IMG/VR virus record: IMGVR_UViG_3300042863_001519
Span: 1 to 64,000 of that record
Length of the DNA: 64,000 nucleotides
Strand: one strand, 5' to 3'
Source: a virus
Part shown: in pieces, positions 1 through 9,209 of the stretch
How the letters are laid out: every line of letters starts with the position of its first letter
Numbering within the stretch: position 1 is the first letter of the stretch
Notes under the pieces: generated by a model
What the model saw: the letters and a program-made list of their open reading frames with translations, nothing else
Told to the model about the DNA's origin: nothing
Database searches by the model: none
Translations under genes and position numbers: made by a program

Positions 1-1
1 T

Positions 2-3000
2 ACTGATAGTAAGTCTATTAAAACAGAAAAAGATGCACTTGCATTTTTAGATGTTTTAGATAAAGAAGAAGCAGAAGTAAGAGCAAATGAAAAAAAGGGC
101 AACAAGATTTTAAAAGGTTCACCTGTATTTAGTGCAAAATCTATTGAAAATATAGATAGTTTTGTTGAATGGGTAAAAGATAGACTTCCCCAAGGTATAA
201 TATCTGTTGAAGATATGAAAACCCTTGTAAATAACTTACAAGAAAACAGAATTACTGTAGGTGAGTTTGTTGCATACCTTGGTAAACTTAATCAGATAAA
301 AGGTGTTATCAGAACATCTAAAGAAAGTCCATTCAAATACCATGAGGCATTCCATGCAGTGTTCCGTTTGCTGCTAGACCAAAAACAGATAAATTCTTTA
401 TTGTCTGAAGCAAGAAAAGAATTTGCTATAACAGAAGCAGGACTGGAAGAGTTACGTACTCTTACTGATGAAAATCAGAAATTGACAAGAAAGCAACTTG
501 AAGAGCTGTATCTAGAAGAAAAGATGGCTGACAAGTTTGATGAATATATGATGGGCAAAAGAGGTCCTGTATCTCCTGGTATAAAAGGTTTGTTTGAAAA
601 ACTTCTGAGATTTATAAAGAACTTCTTTTCAAGGTTTACACCATCTGACCTTAAAACTTTCTTTATAGAAATTGATGAGGGCAAATATAAAAACAGTACT
701 ATTCAGAGTAATAGTTATACAGATGATGTAAGAACAAATCCACTTGGATTTACAATACCTGCATGTAAGGTTATTAAACTTAGTTCAGATGAAGTAATTT
801 TACCTAATGGTAAAAAAGTTTCTGTTGATGTTTACATGCCTCAAAAACAAGCAGATAGGCTTGTATCTACTATTACTGCTCAGTTTGATCAGGAAATAAG
901 AAATAAAGGACTTAAACAATATAACAGTGAGTCTATACTGAATGGTATTCTTAATAAGTATAAGGATACATATAACCCACGTAGACCAAAGTACATTGAT
1001 GTAGCATTAAAAATAACTAATTCTGCAGAAGCAAAAAATTACTTAAGAAAGATACATGATATGCAGAAAGTTTTCTCTAAAACGGAAACTAGAAATGCTA
1101 TTAAAGAGGCTGTTGCTGAATCTTTGAGAATACTTGGGTATGAAGTAACGCTTGATACATTCGAAAATGATAAACTAACTGATACATATGGCCCAAGGTC
1201 TTCTGATAAATTTGATAAGAAAGACCCGGGAGCTGCTGCAGGACCTGAAGGTAAAGCACAGGAACTTCGTAGATTTATTGCAGGTACTACTACGTTTGCA
1301 ATAGATGAGTTTGGTAACACCCATTATGAAAATGGTGAACCAATGATTGAGGCAGTTAATGCAGGTGATGTGTATAATGGAATACTTAAACTTCTTGCTA
1401 ACACCTCTAGTCAGGAAAAGCAGATTAAGAAGTTAAAGGATTTTGTAAAAATGAATGTTCTTGTAGACAGTGTTACAGGTGAAGAAAGAATTGTTGATAA
1501 CAAACACTCAGTTGCTACAATAAAAAGATTGTTTGAAATTACAGGATATAACAATGATACAAAAAAGTTTACCGCAAATCAGGAAATGGTAAACATGTTT
1601 CTAAAAGGTTTTTCTTCTTATTCTGCAAATTATCTTTTTACACAAGTTGACCCAAACAATGGTAACACTGTTACTACATATGCTAATACAAAAGACTCGT
1701 CTGTTGTACAGGTAATGTCATGGAATAATGCTTTTTCAAGACTGTATGAAGACCAGATGAGAAGACAAAGCACTAATACTGAGTATGCTGATTTGTACAA
1801 AAGTAAGAATGCCGGTATAGTTGCATTTAAAGAAGCAATAAACGAAACATCAAAAAAGAAAGTCGAGAAAGATTCTGTTATCAGGGCCAAAGCCCATTCT
1901 ATTAGTGCTGCACTTAAAAAAGATATAGGAATTGCTATTCACCCTAACTATATAAAATATTCTATCCTCAAAGCAAAACAAGAAGATGCTTTAGATGAAA
2001 AAGGTGAGCAAGCAGATTTCCTTGAAACATTTGGTGAACTTGATCCAATTACTGAGACAATGTTTACTGTTGCTCTTACAAATACTTTATCAAAAGGGAT
2101 ATCTCCTTTTAGTAAGGATATGTATGAAGAAGAAGAAGTAGAACAAGAACAAGTTAAAAAAGAAGATGAAGATGAAGTATCTGATTCAAAAAACAATACT
2201 GCATATAACATCTTGTTAAAGATTGCTCAAAATAACAGCATATTTGATGAGACAATTGGAACAATATCTTTTACTACTTCTGATAATGAAACTAGGTACG
2301 CACATACTCACCCTAACTTTTATCATGTAAATATTAATCAGTTTAATGATCCAAAAGTAATTGAACAAATCAGAAAAGATGTTGAAAAAAATACAGTACA
2401 TCTTCTTTCTAATGATGACTTTATTAAGTTGCTTAACGATAAAGCAATCAAAGTAAACATGGCAGATGGTCTGAAGAGCAGTAATGTTAATTCTTCTGAA
2501 CAAGGCACTACTAATAAAAAAGGTACTGTATACGGTGACTTTATTAGAAGGGATAACTTGGCATATCTTTTTGCAATGTATGACATCAGTAAGAAGAAAG
2601 ATGCAAAGGTTTCAAGAAGCAGTAACCCTACTGATTATTTTTATAAAACTGGTCATCTTATAAGAACTGTTGAGTCTAAAAAAGCAGGCTATTTTATAGA
2701 CCTACCAGTAATAAATGCAATAGTTACTAAAGATGGAAAAACATCTTTATCTGATACTGCTTTAGATATTCTTTACAATACTGTTCTTTATGAAATTAAC
2801 AGGATTGCAAGAGTAAACAAAGAAATAGAAACTGGTAAAGATATAAATGGTAATCCTGTAAAAGAGATAATAGACTATAATGAAGGTGCACTAAGAGGCC
2901 TAAAACTTTATGAGACTGGTAACATGTTAGGTAACCTTGCTGCAGATATAGAAAAGAATGCAGTTGATCCTAATTACGTACCAGACAGAGAAGCAATTTT

Positions 3001-6000
3001 GGAACAGTTGAATACTTACTGGATGGGTCAGGTTAACAGACTTGTTGACATGATGATAAAAGAAGGGCTTGTTAGTACAGATAATAAAAGAATACTTGCA
3101 CCAAGTTATCTTTTTAAAGGCTTTGGTGGTAAGAATGCTAATTTGATGAATGAAAAGATGTATTTGATAAAGAATAACTTCATGCATAACATTTCACAAG
3201 TGTTCATGAATGACTTCTTAAATACATCTGCTGTTAACAAACTTCTTCATGGAGATGAATCAAAGAGCTTTAAACTTTTTGTTGAGCAGGTAAAACGTGC
3301 TGCCGGTGCTAATGCTGCTGGCCCATCTATTGAAAGTATTGTAACTAAAGATGAATGGGGCATAAGTCATAAATTAACAAATGTATACCATGTTACTTAT
3401 AAAGACACTGAGTTTTTGAAAAGGTCTGGTGAAAAAGGTGAGCAAGACGATGGTCAAATGTATTGTACAGTTAAAGGTTTGAGATACATGCTTTTTGGTA
3501 TGGGTACTTTGAAGCAAGTACAGGTAGATATCTTAAACAAGATAGAAAGGGGAGATGTTGTTACTAAAGAAGAGTTTTTTAAAGCAGGTGGTATTCAGGA
3601 TATGAAAGCTGCTTTTAATCCTTTAAAGATGGTTTACTTTGATGGTAAAACATACTTAAAGTGCTCTGTACAAATGCTCTCAAAAGAGTTTACTTCATAT
3701 TGGAGTAAGACTAAAGGTAAATGGGTTGCTTATCCAGGTAAAGAGAACTTGCATAACATTAGGTTAAAACTGGAGAACTTTGAGAAGAAGAATGAAACCA
3801 TAACTTTTGCTCATCCTGTTCAGGTATCCAAAGGCATGAAGAAAGCAGTTGCTTCAAGTATTGCAGCTATTACTGATAAAAACTTTAATAAGTTACCTGC
3901 AGACTACATGAGGCAGCAATTAGAGAATCCGTCAGGCAAGTTAAGCATGACAGATCCTACTCAAAAACTGCAACAAATATTTGCCGAGATACCTGCAAAT
4001 AGCACAGTGTATCTTAATGGTAAAAAAATGACAGGTAAAGAGGCAGTTGATAACTACCTTGACCTGATTGCAAAAAGAGCAGCTATAAATTATAAAATGA
4101 AAAGAAATGGCATTTTTGATATCAAAGATGCTTTTAATGAAATATCCATGTCTTATCAGACAGGACAAGTTACAGCCAAGCTAGCTAAGTTTTATGATTT
4201 GTGTTATGAAAATTTGATGGCTACTGGTGCAGATGCTCAAACACTTGAGTTCTTCCGTACAAAAGACGGAGAGGTGGTATACGACCTTAATTTCCCTGCT
4301 ACCTTACCAAAGTACACCCAGTTGTTTCTTGCATATTTTAGCAGTGGTGCATTCCAAGCTAAGGTACCAGGGCTTACTCTTACCCTTATATCAAATGCTC
4401 ATCATAAAACAGTTAAAAGACTTATTTCTGTAGATGAGCAAGGTCAACCAAAAGAGTGGGAAGTTATAACTCGTGAAATGTTTGATGCTGATCCAGAGAA
4501 GTATACTAAGTCTCTTATTCAATATACACAAGACGATGATGGTACTACTCTAAAAAGAATGTTTACTGGCCTTGAAGAGAAACTAGCCACAGGTAAACCT
4601 GTATACTATCTTGATGATCTTAGGGACAATGTTGGTATATACAACAGTGATGGAGAACGTATAGAAACTTACAGTGAATATATTACTGCAAGTCATTATG
4701 AAGAAGAAGATTCTGCAGTAGAGTCAAGTTTTTCTGTACGTATACCATCAGACGATAAACACTCTTACATGAATGCAAGAAGAGTGGATGTTTTACCTGT
4801 ATGGATGGGCTCTACTGCTATGTTTCCACAAGAGATTATGGAAAAAAGTGGTACTGACTTTGACTTGGATAAGGTTTATGTATCTATACCAGACACTTAT
4901 GCAAAAGATGATAAACGTGTTGCATATGGTTCTGCTACTACAGATGCGGAAAAGTTTGAAGAGTATGTAACTTGGCAGTACAATAACAATAAAGCTTTTA
5001 AGAACAATGTAAAAGCTTCAATGAAAGAAGATGCTTCATTAACAGAAGTAATAAAAGAAAAAGCTGAACTTAATGAAACTCAGTCTCAATTAATATCTAA
5101 GATCTTACAAGCAGATAGAGATATTCAAAAAGAAAAACAGACTAAACACCTTCTTTTAACTGCATCTGGTTACATTTCTGCTAAAGGTATATACCTTCAA
5201 GATTTTAAAGATGCTAAAAAGGCTATTGTAAACAACTATAATAACGGTAAAAAAACTGCAGACGAACTTGAGGAAACAATTAAAGCAACAAGAGATTGGC
5301 ATATCCTCAAAGTCCTTGCAGAAATGAAAATGCCAGCATCGGTTGCACAGTTTAACAAAGAAGGTGGTGAAGAAATTAACCCCGGTGTTATAAACAATAA
5401 AGTGCTTGAATCTAATCAATCGTTGTTAAGTTCTGAAGCAGTTGCAGGTGGAGAAAATCCTATTCTTAATCAACCTACAAGTACTGATGCATTTAAGATA
5501 TTTGCTGAAACAATAAAAAGAGAGTTAGCAGGTGCTGATAGTGAGTATGCCATTGACCTGTTAAACAGAATTACTGACAAGAAAGAAGATACTAGTTCAA
5601 TGTTGGGCAAAGAAATATCTCGTGATACTAATGCACAAGGTAGAGATAACATTGGTGCTGCTGCAAATGCTGTTATCAATTACTCTATTAATAGCACTTT
5701 TGGTCTTAATTTAAAAGGTAAAAAGATTACAATAGACGGTAAAGAGTATAACTCATATACAAATCTTAAAGCTTGGAATGGCAATGCATTTAGTGGTGAG
5801 AGAGTATTTGCATCTCTTTCTGCTATCGAGAATGCAATGACAGATAATGCCAAGTTTGCTTATTCTGGTAAGTATGGTTTAAGTATTGGTGCAGTTGGTT
5901 ATTTATCTAACATGGTCTCTCAAGGTATACCTTTTGAAACAGCAATGTTATTTATAATTCAACCTACTGTACAAGAATATTTTAGACGTATTTCAAATCT

Positions 6001-9000
6001 TTCTTCTAATCTTAAAACTAGTGAAGAGAGTTCTCTTAGCAAGTTTCAGATTATGCAAGAGCTTGAAGATTATATTGTTGCTAATCAAGAAGAAGAAGAA
6101 GAAGAAAAAGAACAAGAAGAAGAAAAAGGGGCAGAAGAAAAGAAAAAATATGACCCTACTTCAAGAGAGGCAATGATAGATAATATCCGTAATAATAAAA
6201 TGTCACTTGAGATTTTTGATATTCTTAAGACAATAGATAAGCAGTCTATGGATCTGATGGAGTTCTCAAAAATTCTTAAGATAACACAAGGTATCCCTGT
6301 TTCCTGGGAAGAGTTTGATGATATCAAAAAAGCAATGAACAAATTTGGTTTGATTGATGCATCAACTGAAGAAAAGGATCTTAGTATTGATGTTAAACAA
6401 ATCATGAAACATGACCATAAGTTTATGGCAAAGTATATTGAAATGTTTCGTGACCTTGATGCTTTATCTGCATTTGTGTTTGTTGAAAGGAACCCTCAGT
6501 TTATGCAGGTAATGGATATTGTAAAAGCAAACTTTGATGTACCATCATCAGACAAAAAAGAGTTTAACAATAGTTTGAAGCTAAACTTGCTTTCATATTT
6601 CTCAATTAGTGCATACAAAAAATATCTTGATAAAGAGGGACTTGGTTCATATGTTACTTCATTGAATCATGCAATGATATACCCTGAAGTTCTTGCAAAA
6701 GAAACTAATTATGAAGATGCTATTGATATTGTAGTAAAATTAAAAAAGAAGTTTGCTGAAGAGAATACTCCAAACTATTTTATCAACTACATTCTTAACA
6801 TTGTTGATGCAGGGGACAATGTATCTAAGATTAATAAGGTAGAAATAAATAGTTGGGCAAAGCTTTCTCCTTACCAACAAGAGAAGATAATAGATGGTTA
6901 TTTGCAACTTTACAGCAATAAGGATACACATATTGATGCAGTTGCTTTATTTCACTATTTGTTAGTAAAAGATGGAGGGCAGTTTAAATCAGGTAGTTTT
7001 ATTCGTTATATTCATAATGGAGTCTTTAAAAACTTATTGAATAGTACAGCTGATGTAAACAGACTTTTATCTGATAAAACTGCAGATGATGTTGCATATA
7101 ATGAAGTATTTGGTAAAACAATGTCGGAGCTGGTTGACGGTTTTCTTAAATCATATGCTACTTGGGCAGGTAATGAAACTTACATAAAGCAAACAACGAT
7201 TTTTGCTCCTGTACTAAAAAATAAAAACTCTCCTATTTATCTTGACAGAGAATCAAAAGTTCTTTACGTTGATTATAAAATGGGTATGGAATCAGTTGAG
7301 GTCAATGAAGGTGACAGTAAATTCATGTCTAGGTTACGAGATATGGAAGATAATGGTTTTGGTTACGAGTTTGAGGAAATTGTTTACAAAGACAAAAAGA
7401 CTGGTAAGGATAAGAAAAAGAAGACAGTAAAAATTAGTTTCCCTTACTCTATAATGATAAACAATCAGCTTTACATTTTACAGGCAGTTGACAAAGCTGA
7501 ACCTGAAGGTGCACAAGATTTTGTCAACATGCTTGGAGTAGACCAAAGTATTGCAAAAGGTTCAAGAGCTAGGTATATTCAAGGTAAACTAAGAGGCAGT
7601 AAAGAACAATGGGGAGGAGCAGCTGTTTTTGGTAAAATGCCTATAAGAGAGGAAATAGTTGTTCGCAATGAACAAGTAATTAATAATCCTCCTTATTCAT
7701 CAGATGTGCCTTCAGGTAAGAATATTGTAACCAAGACTCAAGAAGTAGTTAATACTGGTACCAAAAGAGATTATGATGAAACTGCAGAGTTGGGTAGTAT
7801 AAAGAATCCTTACAAGGCAGTAATGAACTTTACAGATGGTGATGGTGGTAGAAATATGAAACCTGAATTTGCTGGCAAGTCTACTATGGATCTTATTCTT
7901 TCTGGTGATCGTACTGGTACTACAAGAGACTTGACAAAAGACTACAACAGGCTTCCTGTTAAAACAGATGACTTTATTGAGTTTTCAGATAAATTAGGTA
8001 GAAAAGCACTTGTACGTGTAACAGAGACATGGACTTCTATTAAAAACGTAGATGCAGAGTCTTGGAGTGATATAGAAGGTTGGGATAAATCTGTGTACAA
8101 TAATCTCATTAGCAAAAAAGAAGCTCAGTATAAACAACTTCAATTTGTTCTTGTAGATACTGAACAGAAAAATTTGATTGTTGATAACATAGAAGATGTT
8201 AATGATTTAGATGCAATTAATGCTTTAAAAAATCAATTTGGATTGTTTGTTTACAGAAATGGTGATAAATTTGGCATAGGAAACATTGCTACCAGTGAAA
8301 CTCCTCAACAGATGTTAAAACGTCATGTTGATGCTACTGAAAAACAAGAAGTTTCTACTCAAGCTCCTATATCAGAAACTACTAATACAGGTATACAGTA
8401 TCCAAACAAGCCGGAGTTTAATAAACTTCCTGTAAAACTGGGTAAACCCACTATGACATATGCTGGTATAGGTAGTAGAAGGACACCTGCAGAAATGCTA
8501 CCCCTTATGACAGAATTGGCTAAAGAGTTAGCTGCTAAAGGGTACACATTAAACAGTGGTGCTGCAGAAGGTGCTGATAGTGCTTTTGAAGCCGGTGCTA
8601 GTACTAAAAAGGACATATTCCCAGGTAATATAAAGACAGGTAAAAGAGAGCTTATGATAGCTGAAGAGATACATCCTAATTGGGGTGCAATGATAGCTGC
8701 TGCAAAAAGGAATGCTATTCAAAAAGGAAAAAATCCTGAAGCTGCTGCTGCATATGTAGCTAATCTAATGGCAAGAAATACCAATCAGGTATTTGGTAAA
8801 AACCTTGATACTCCTGTAGATTTTGTACTTGCATATACTCCTGATAACTTAACTGACTATACAAAGAGAACTATAGACTCTGGAGGTACAGGGCAGGCTA
8901 TAGACATGGCATCAAGAAAAGGTATACCTGTTATCAATATGGCTGGCCCTAACTGGAGATCTCAACTTGATGCAGTGATTAATAGGCAATCTTCTATATC

Positions 9001-9205
9001 AGAAACTAATGTATCTTTACCAACAGGTGAGCAAATGACTGACGAACAGTGGGAAACAGAACTAGCTGCTATATATAAAGAGAAAGGAGACAAAAAAGGT
9101 AGGACTGAAACAGAATGGACCAAAGCTGCTAAAGGATTCAGAGATCAGAGTAGGTCAATTGGTGCTACAGATGAGCAAATACTTAACACTATAAAATGTT
9201 TATAA
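2..9205 (+). CDS. Giant virion RNA polymerase (crAss-like) with N-terminal zincin motif and C-terminal ASCH and SLOG domains; 5' truncated by window edge
   Basis: Frame is open from base 2 through the ATG at 215. HEAFH zincin motif at 341-355; SVRIPS followed by GTDFDLDK catalytic DxDxD loop at 4856-4870; DLILSGDRTGTTR (ASCH-like) near 7889; YAGIGSR...SGAAEGAD...GGTGQA (SLOG/DprA-like) at about 8450-8960. Confidence 0.9.
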   Translation, partial: TDSKSIKTEKDALAFLDVLDKEEAEVRANEKKGNKILKGSPVFSAKSIENIDSFVEWVKDRLPQGIISVEDMKTLVNNLQENRITVGEFVAYLGKLNQIKGVIRTSKESPFKYHEAFHAVFRLLLDQKQINSLLSEARKEFAITEAGLEELRTLTDENQKLTRKQLEELYLEEKMADKFDEYMMGKRGPVSPGIKGLFEKLLRFIKNFFSRFTPSDLKTFFIEIDEGKYKNSTIQSNSYTDDVRTNPLGFTIPACKVIKLSSDEVILPNGKKVSVDVYMPQKQADRLVSTITAQFDQEIRNKGLKQYNSESILNGILNKYKDTYNPRRPKYIDVALKITNSAEAKNYLRKIHDMQKVFSKTETRNAIKEAVAESLRILGYEVTLDTFENDKLTDTYGPRSSDKFDKKDPGAAAGPEGKAQELRRFIAGTTTFAIDEFGNTHYENGEPMIEAVNAGDVYNGILKLLANTSSQEKQIKKLKDFVKMNVLVDSVTGEERIVDNKHSVATIKRLFEITGYNNDTKKFTANQEMVNMFLKGFSSYSANYLFTQVDPNNGNTVTTYANTKDSSVVQVMSWNNAFSRLYEDQMRRQSTNTEYADLYKSKNAGIVAFKEAINETSKKKVEKDSVIRAKAHSISAALKKDIGIAIHPNYIKYSILKAKQEDALDEKGEQADFLETFGELDPITETMFTVALTNTLSKGISPFSKDMYEEEEVEQEQVKKEDEDEVSDSKNNTAYNILLKIAQNNSIFDETIGTISFTTSDNETRYAHTHPNFYHVNINQFNDPKVIEQIRKDVEKNTVHLLSNDDFIKLLNDKAIKVNMADGLKSSNVNSSEQGTTNKKGTVYGDFIRRDNLAYLFAMYDISKKKDAKVSRSSNPTDYFYKTGHLIRTVESKKAGYFIDLPVINAIVTKDGKTSLSDTALDILYNTVLYEINRIARVNKEIETGKDINGNPVKEIIDYNEGALRGLKLYETGNMLGNLAADIEKNAVDPNYVPDREAILEQLNTYWMGQVNRLVDMMIKEGLVSTDNKRILAPSYLFKGFGGKNANLMNEKMYLIKNNFMHNISQVFMNDFLNTSAVNKLLHGDESKSFKLFVEQVKRAAGANAAGPSIESIVTKDEWGISHKLTNVYHVTYKDTEFLKRSGEKGEQDDGQMYCTVKGLRYMLFGMGTLKQVQVDILNKIERGDVVTKEEFFKAGGIQDMKAAFNPLKMVYFDGKTYLKCSVQMLSKEFTSYWSKTKGKWVAYPGKENLHNIRLKLENFEKKNETITFAHPVQVSKGMKKAVASSIAAITDKNFNKLPADYMRQQLENPSGKLSMTDPTQKLQQIFAEIPANSTVYLNGKKMTGKEAVDNYLDLIAKRAAINYKMKRNGIFDIKDAFNEISMSYQTGQVTAKLAKFYDLCYENLMATGADAQTLEFFRTKDGEVVYDLNFPATLPKYTQLFLAYFSSGAFQAKVPGLTLTLISNAHHKTVKRLISVDEQGQPKEWEVITREMFDADPEKYTKSLIQYTQDDDGTTLKRMFTGLEEKLATGKPVYYLDDLRDNVGIYNSDGERIETYSEYITASHYEEEDSAVESSFSVRIPSDDKHSYMNARRVDVLPVWMGSTAMFPQEIMEKSGTDFDLDKVYVSIPDTYAKDDKRVAYGSATTDAEKFEEYVTWQYNNNKAFKNNVKASMKEDASLTEVIKEKAELNETQSQLISKILQADRDIQKEKQTKHLLLTASGYISAKGIYLQDFKDAKKAIVNNYNNGKKTADELEETIKATRDWHILKVLAEMKMPASVAQFNKEGGEEINPGVINNKVLESNQSLLSSEAVAGGENPILNQPTSTDAFKIFAETIKRELAGADSEYAIDLLNRITDKKEDTSSMLGKEISRDTNAQGRDNIGAAANAVINYSINSTFGLNLKGKKITIDGKEYNSYTNLKAWNGNAFSGERVFASLSAIENAMTDNAKFAYSGKYGLSIGAVGYLSNMVSQGIPFETAMLFIIQPTVQEYFRRISNLSSNLKTSEESSLSKFQIMQELEDYIVANQEEEEEEKEQEEEKGAEEKKKYDPTSREAMIDNIRNNKMSLEIFDILKTIDKQSMDLMEFSKILKITQGIPVSWEEFDDIKKAMNKFGLIDASTEEKDLSIDVKQIMKHDHKFMAKYIEMFRDLDALSAFVFVERNPQFMQVMDIVKANFDVPSSDKKEFNNSLKLNLLSYFSISAYKKYLDKEGLGSYVTSLNHAMIYPEVLAKETNYEDAIDIVVKLKKKFAEENTPNYFINYILNIVDAGDNVSKINKVEINSWAKLSPYQQEKIIDGYLQLYSNKDTHIDAVALFHYLLVKDGGQFKSGSFIRYIHNGVFKNLLNSTADVNRLLSDKTADDVAYNEVFGKTMSELVDGFLKSYATWAGNETYIKQTTIFAPVLKNKNSPIYLDRESKVLYVDYKMGMESVEVNEGDSKFMSRLRDMEDNGFGYEFEEIVYKDKKTGKDKKKKTVKISFPYSIMINNQLYILQAVDKAEPEGAQDFVNMLGVDQSIAKGSRARYIQGKLRGSKEQWGGAAVFGKMPIREEIVVRNEQVINNPPYSSDVPSGKNIVTKTQEVVNTGTKRDYDETAELGSIKNPYKAVMNFTDGDGGRNMKPEFAGKSTMDLILSGDRTGTTRDLTKDYNRLPVKTDDFIEFSDKLGRKALVRVTETWTSIKNVDAESWSDIEGWDKSVYNNLISKKEAQYKQLQFVLVDTEQKNLIVDNIEDVNDLDAINALKNQFGLFVYRNGDKFGIGNIATSETPQQMLKRHVDATEKQEVSTQAPISETTNTGIQYPNKPEFNKLPVKLGKPTMTYAGIGSRRTPAEMLPLMTELAKELAAKGYTLNSGAAEGADSAFEAGASTKKDIFPGNIKTGKRELMIAEEIHPNWGAMIAAAKRNAIQKGKNPEAAAAYVANLMARNTNQVFGKNLDTPVDFVLAYTPDNLTDYTKRTIDSGGTGQAIDMASRKGIPVINMAGPNWRSQLDAVINRQSSISETNVSLPTGEQMTDEQWETELAAIYKEKGDKKGRTETEWTKAAKGFRDQSRSIGATDEQILNTIKCL
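8360..9008 (+). repeat. 22-bp imperfect direct repeat (20/22 identity; 8360-8381 and 8987-9008) flanking the SLOG domain
   Basis: caagctcctatatcagaaacta versus caatcttctatatcagaaacta, encoding QAPISET and QSSISET. Confidence 0.8.
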
Positions 9206-9209
9206 AATA

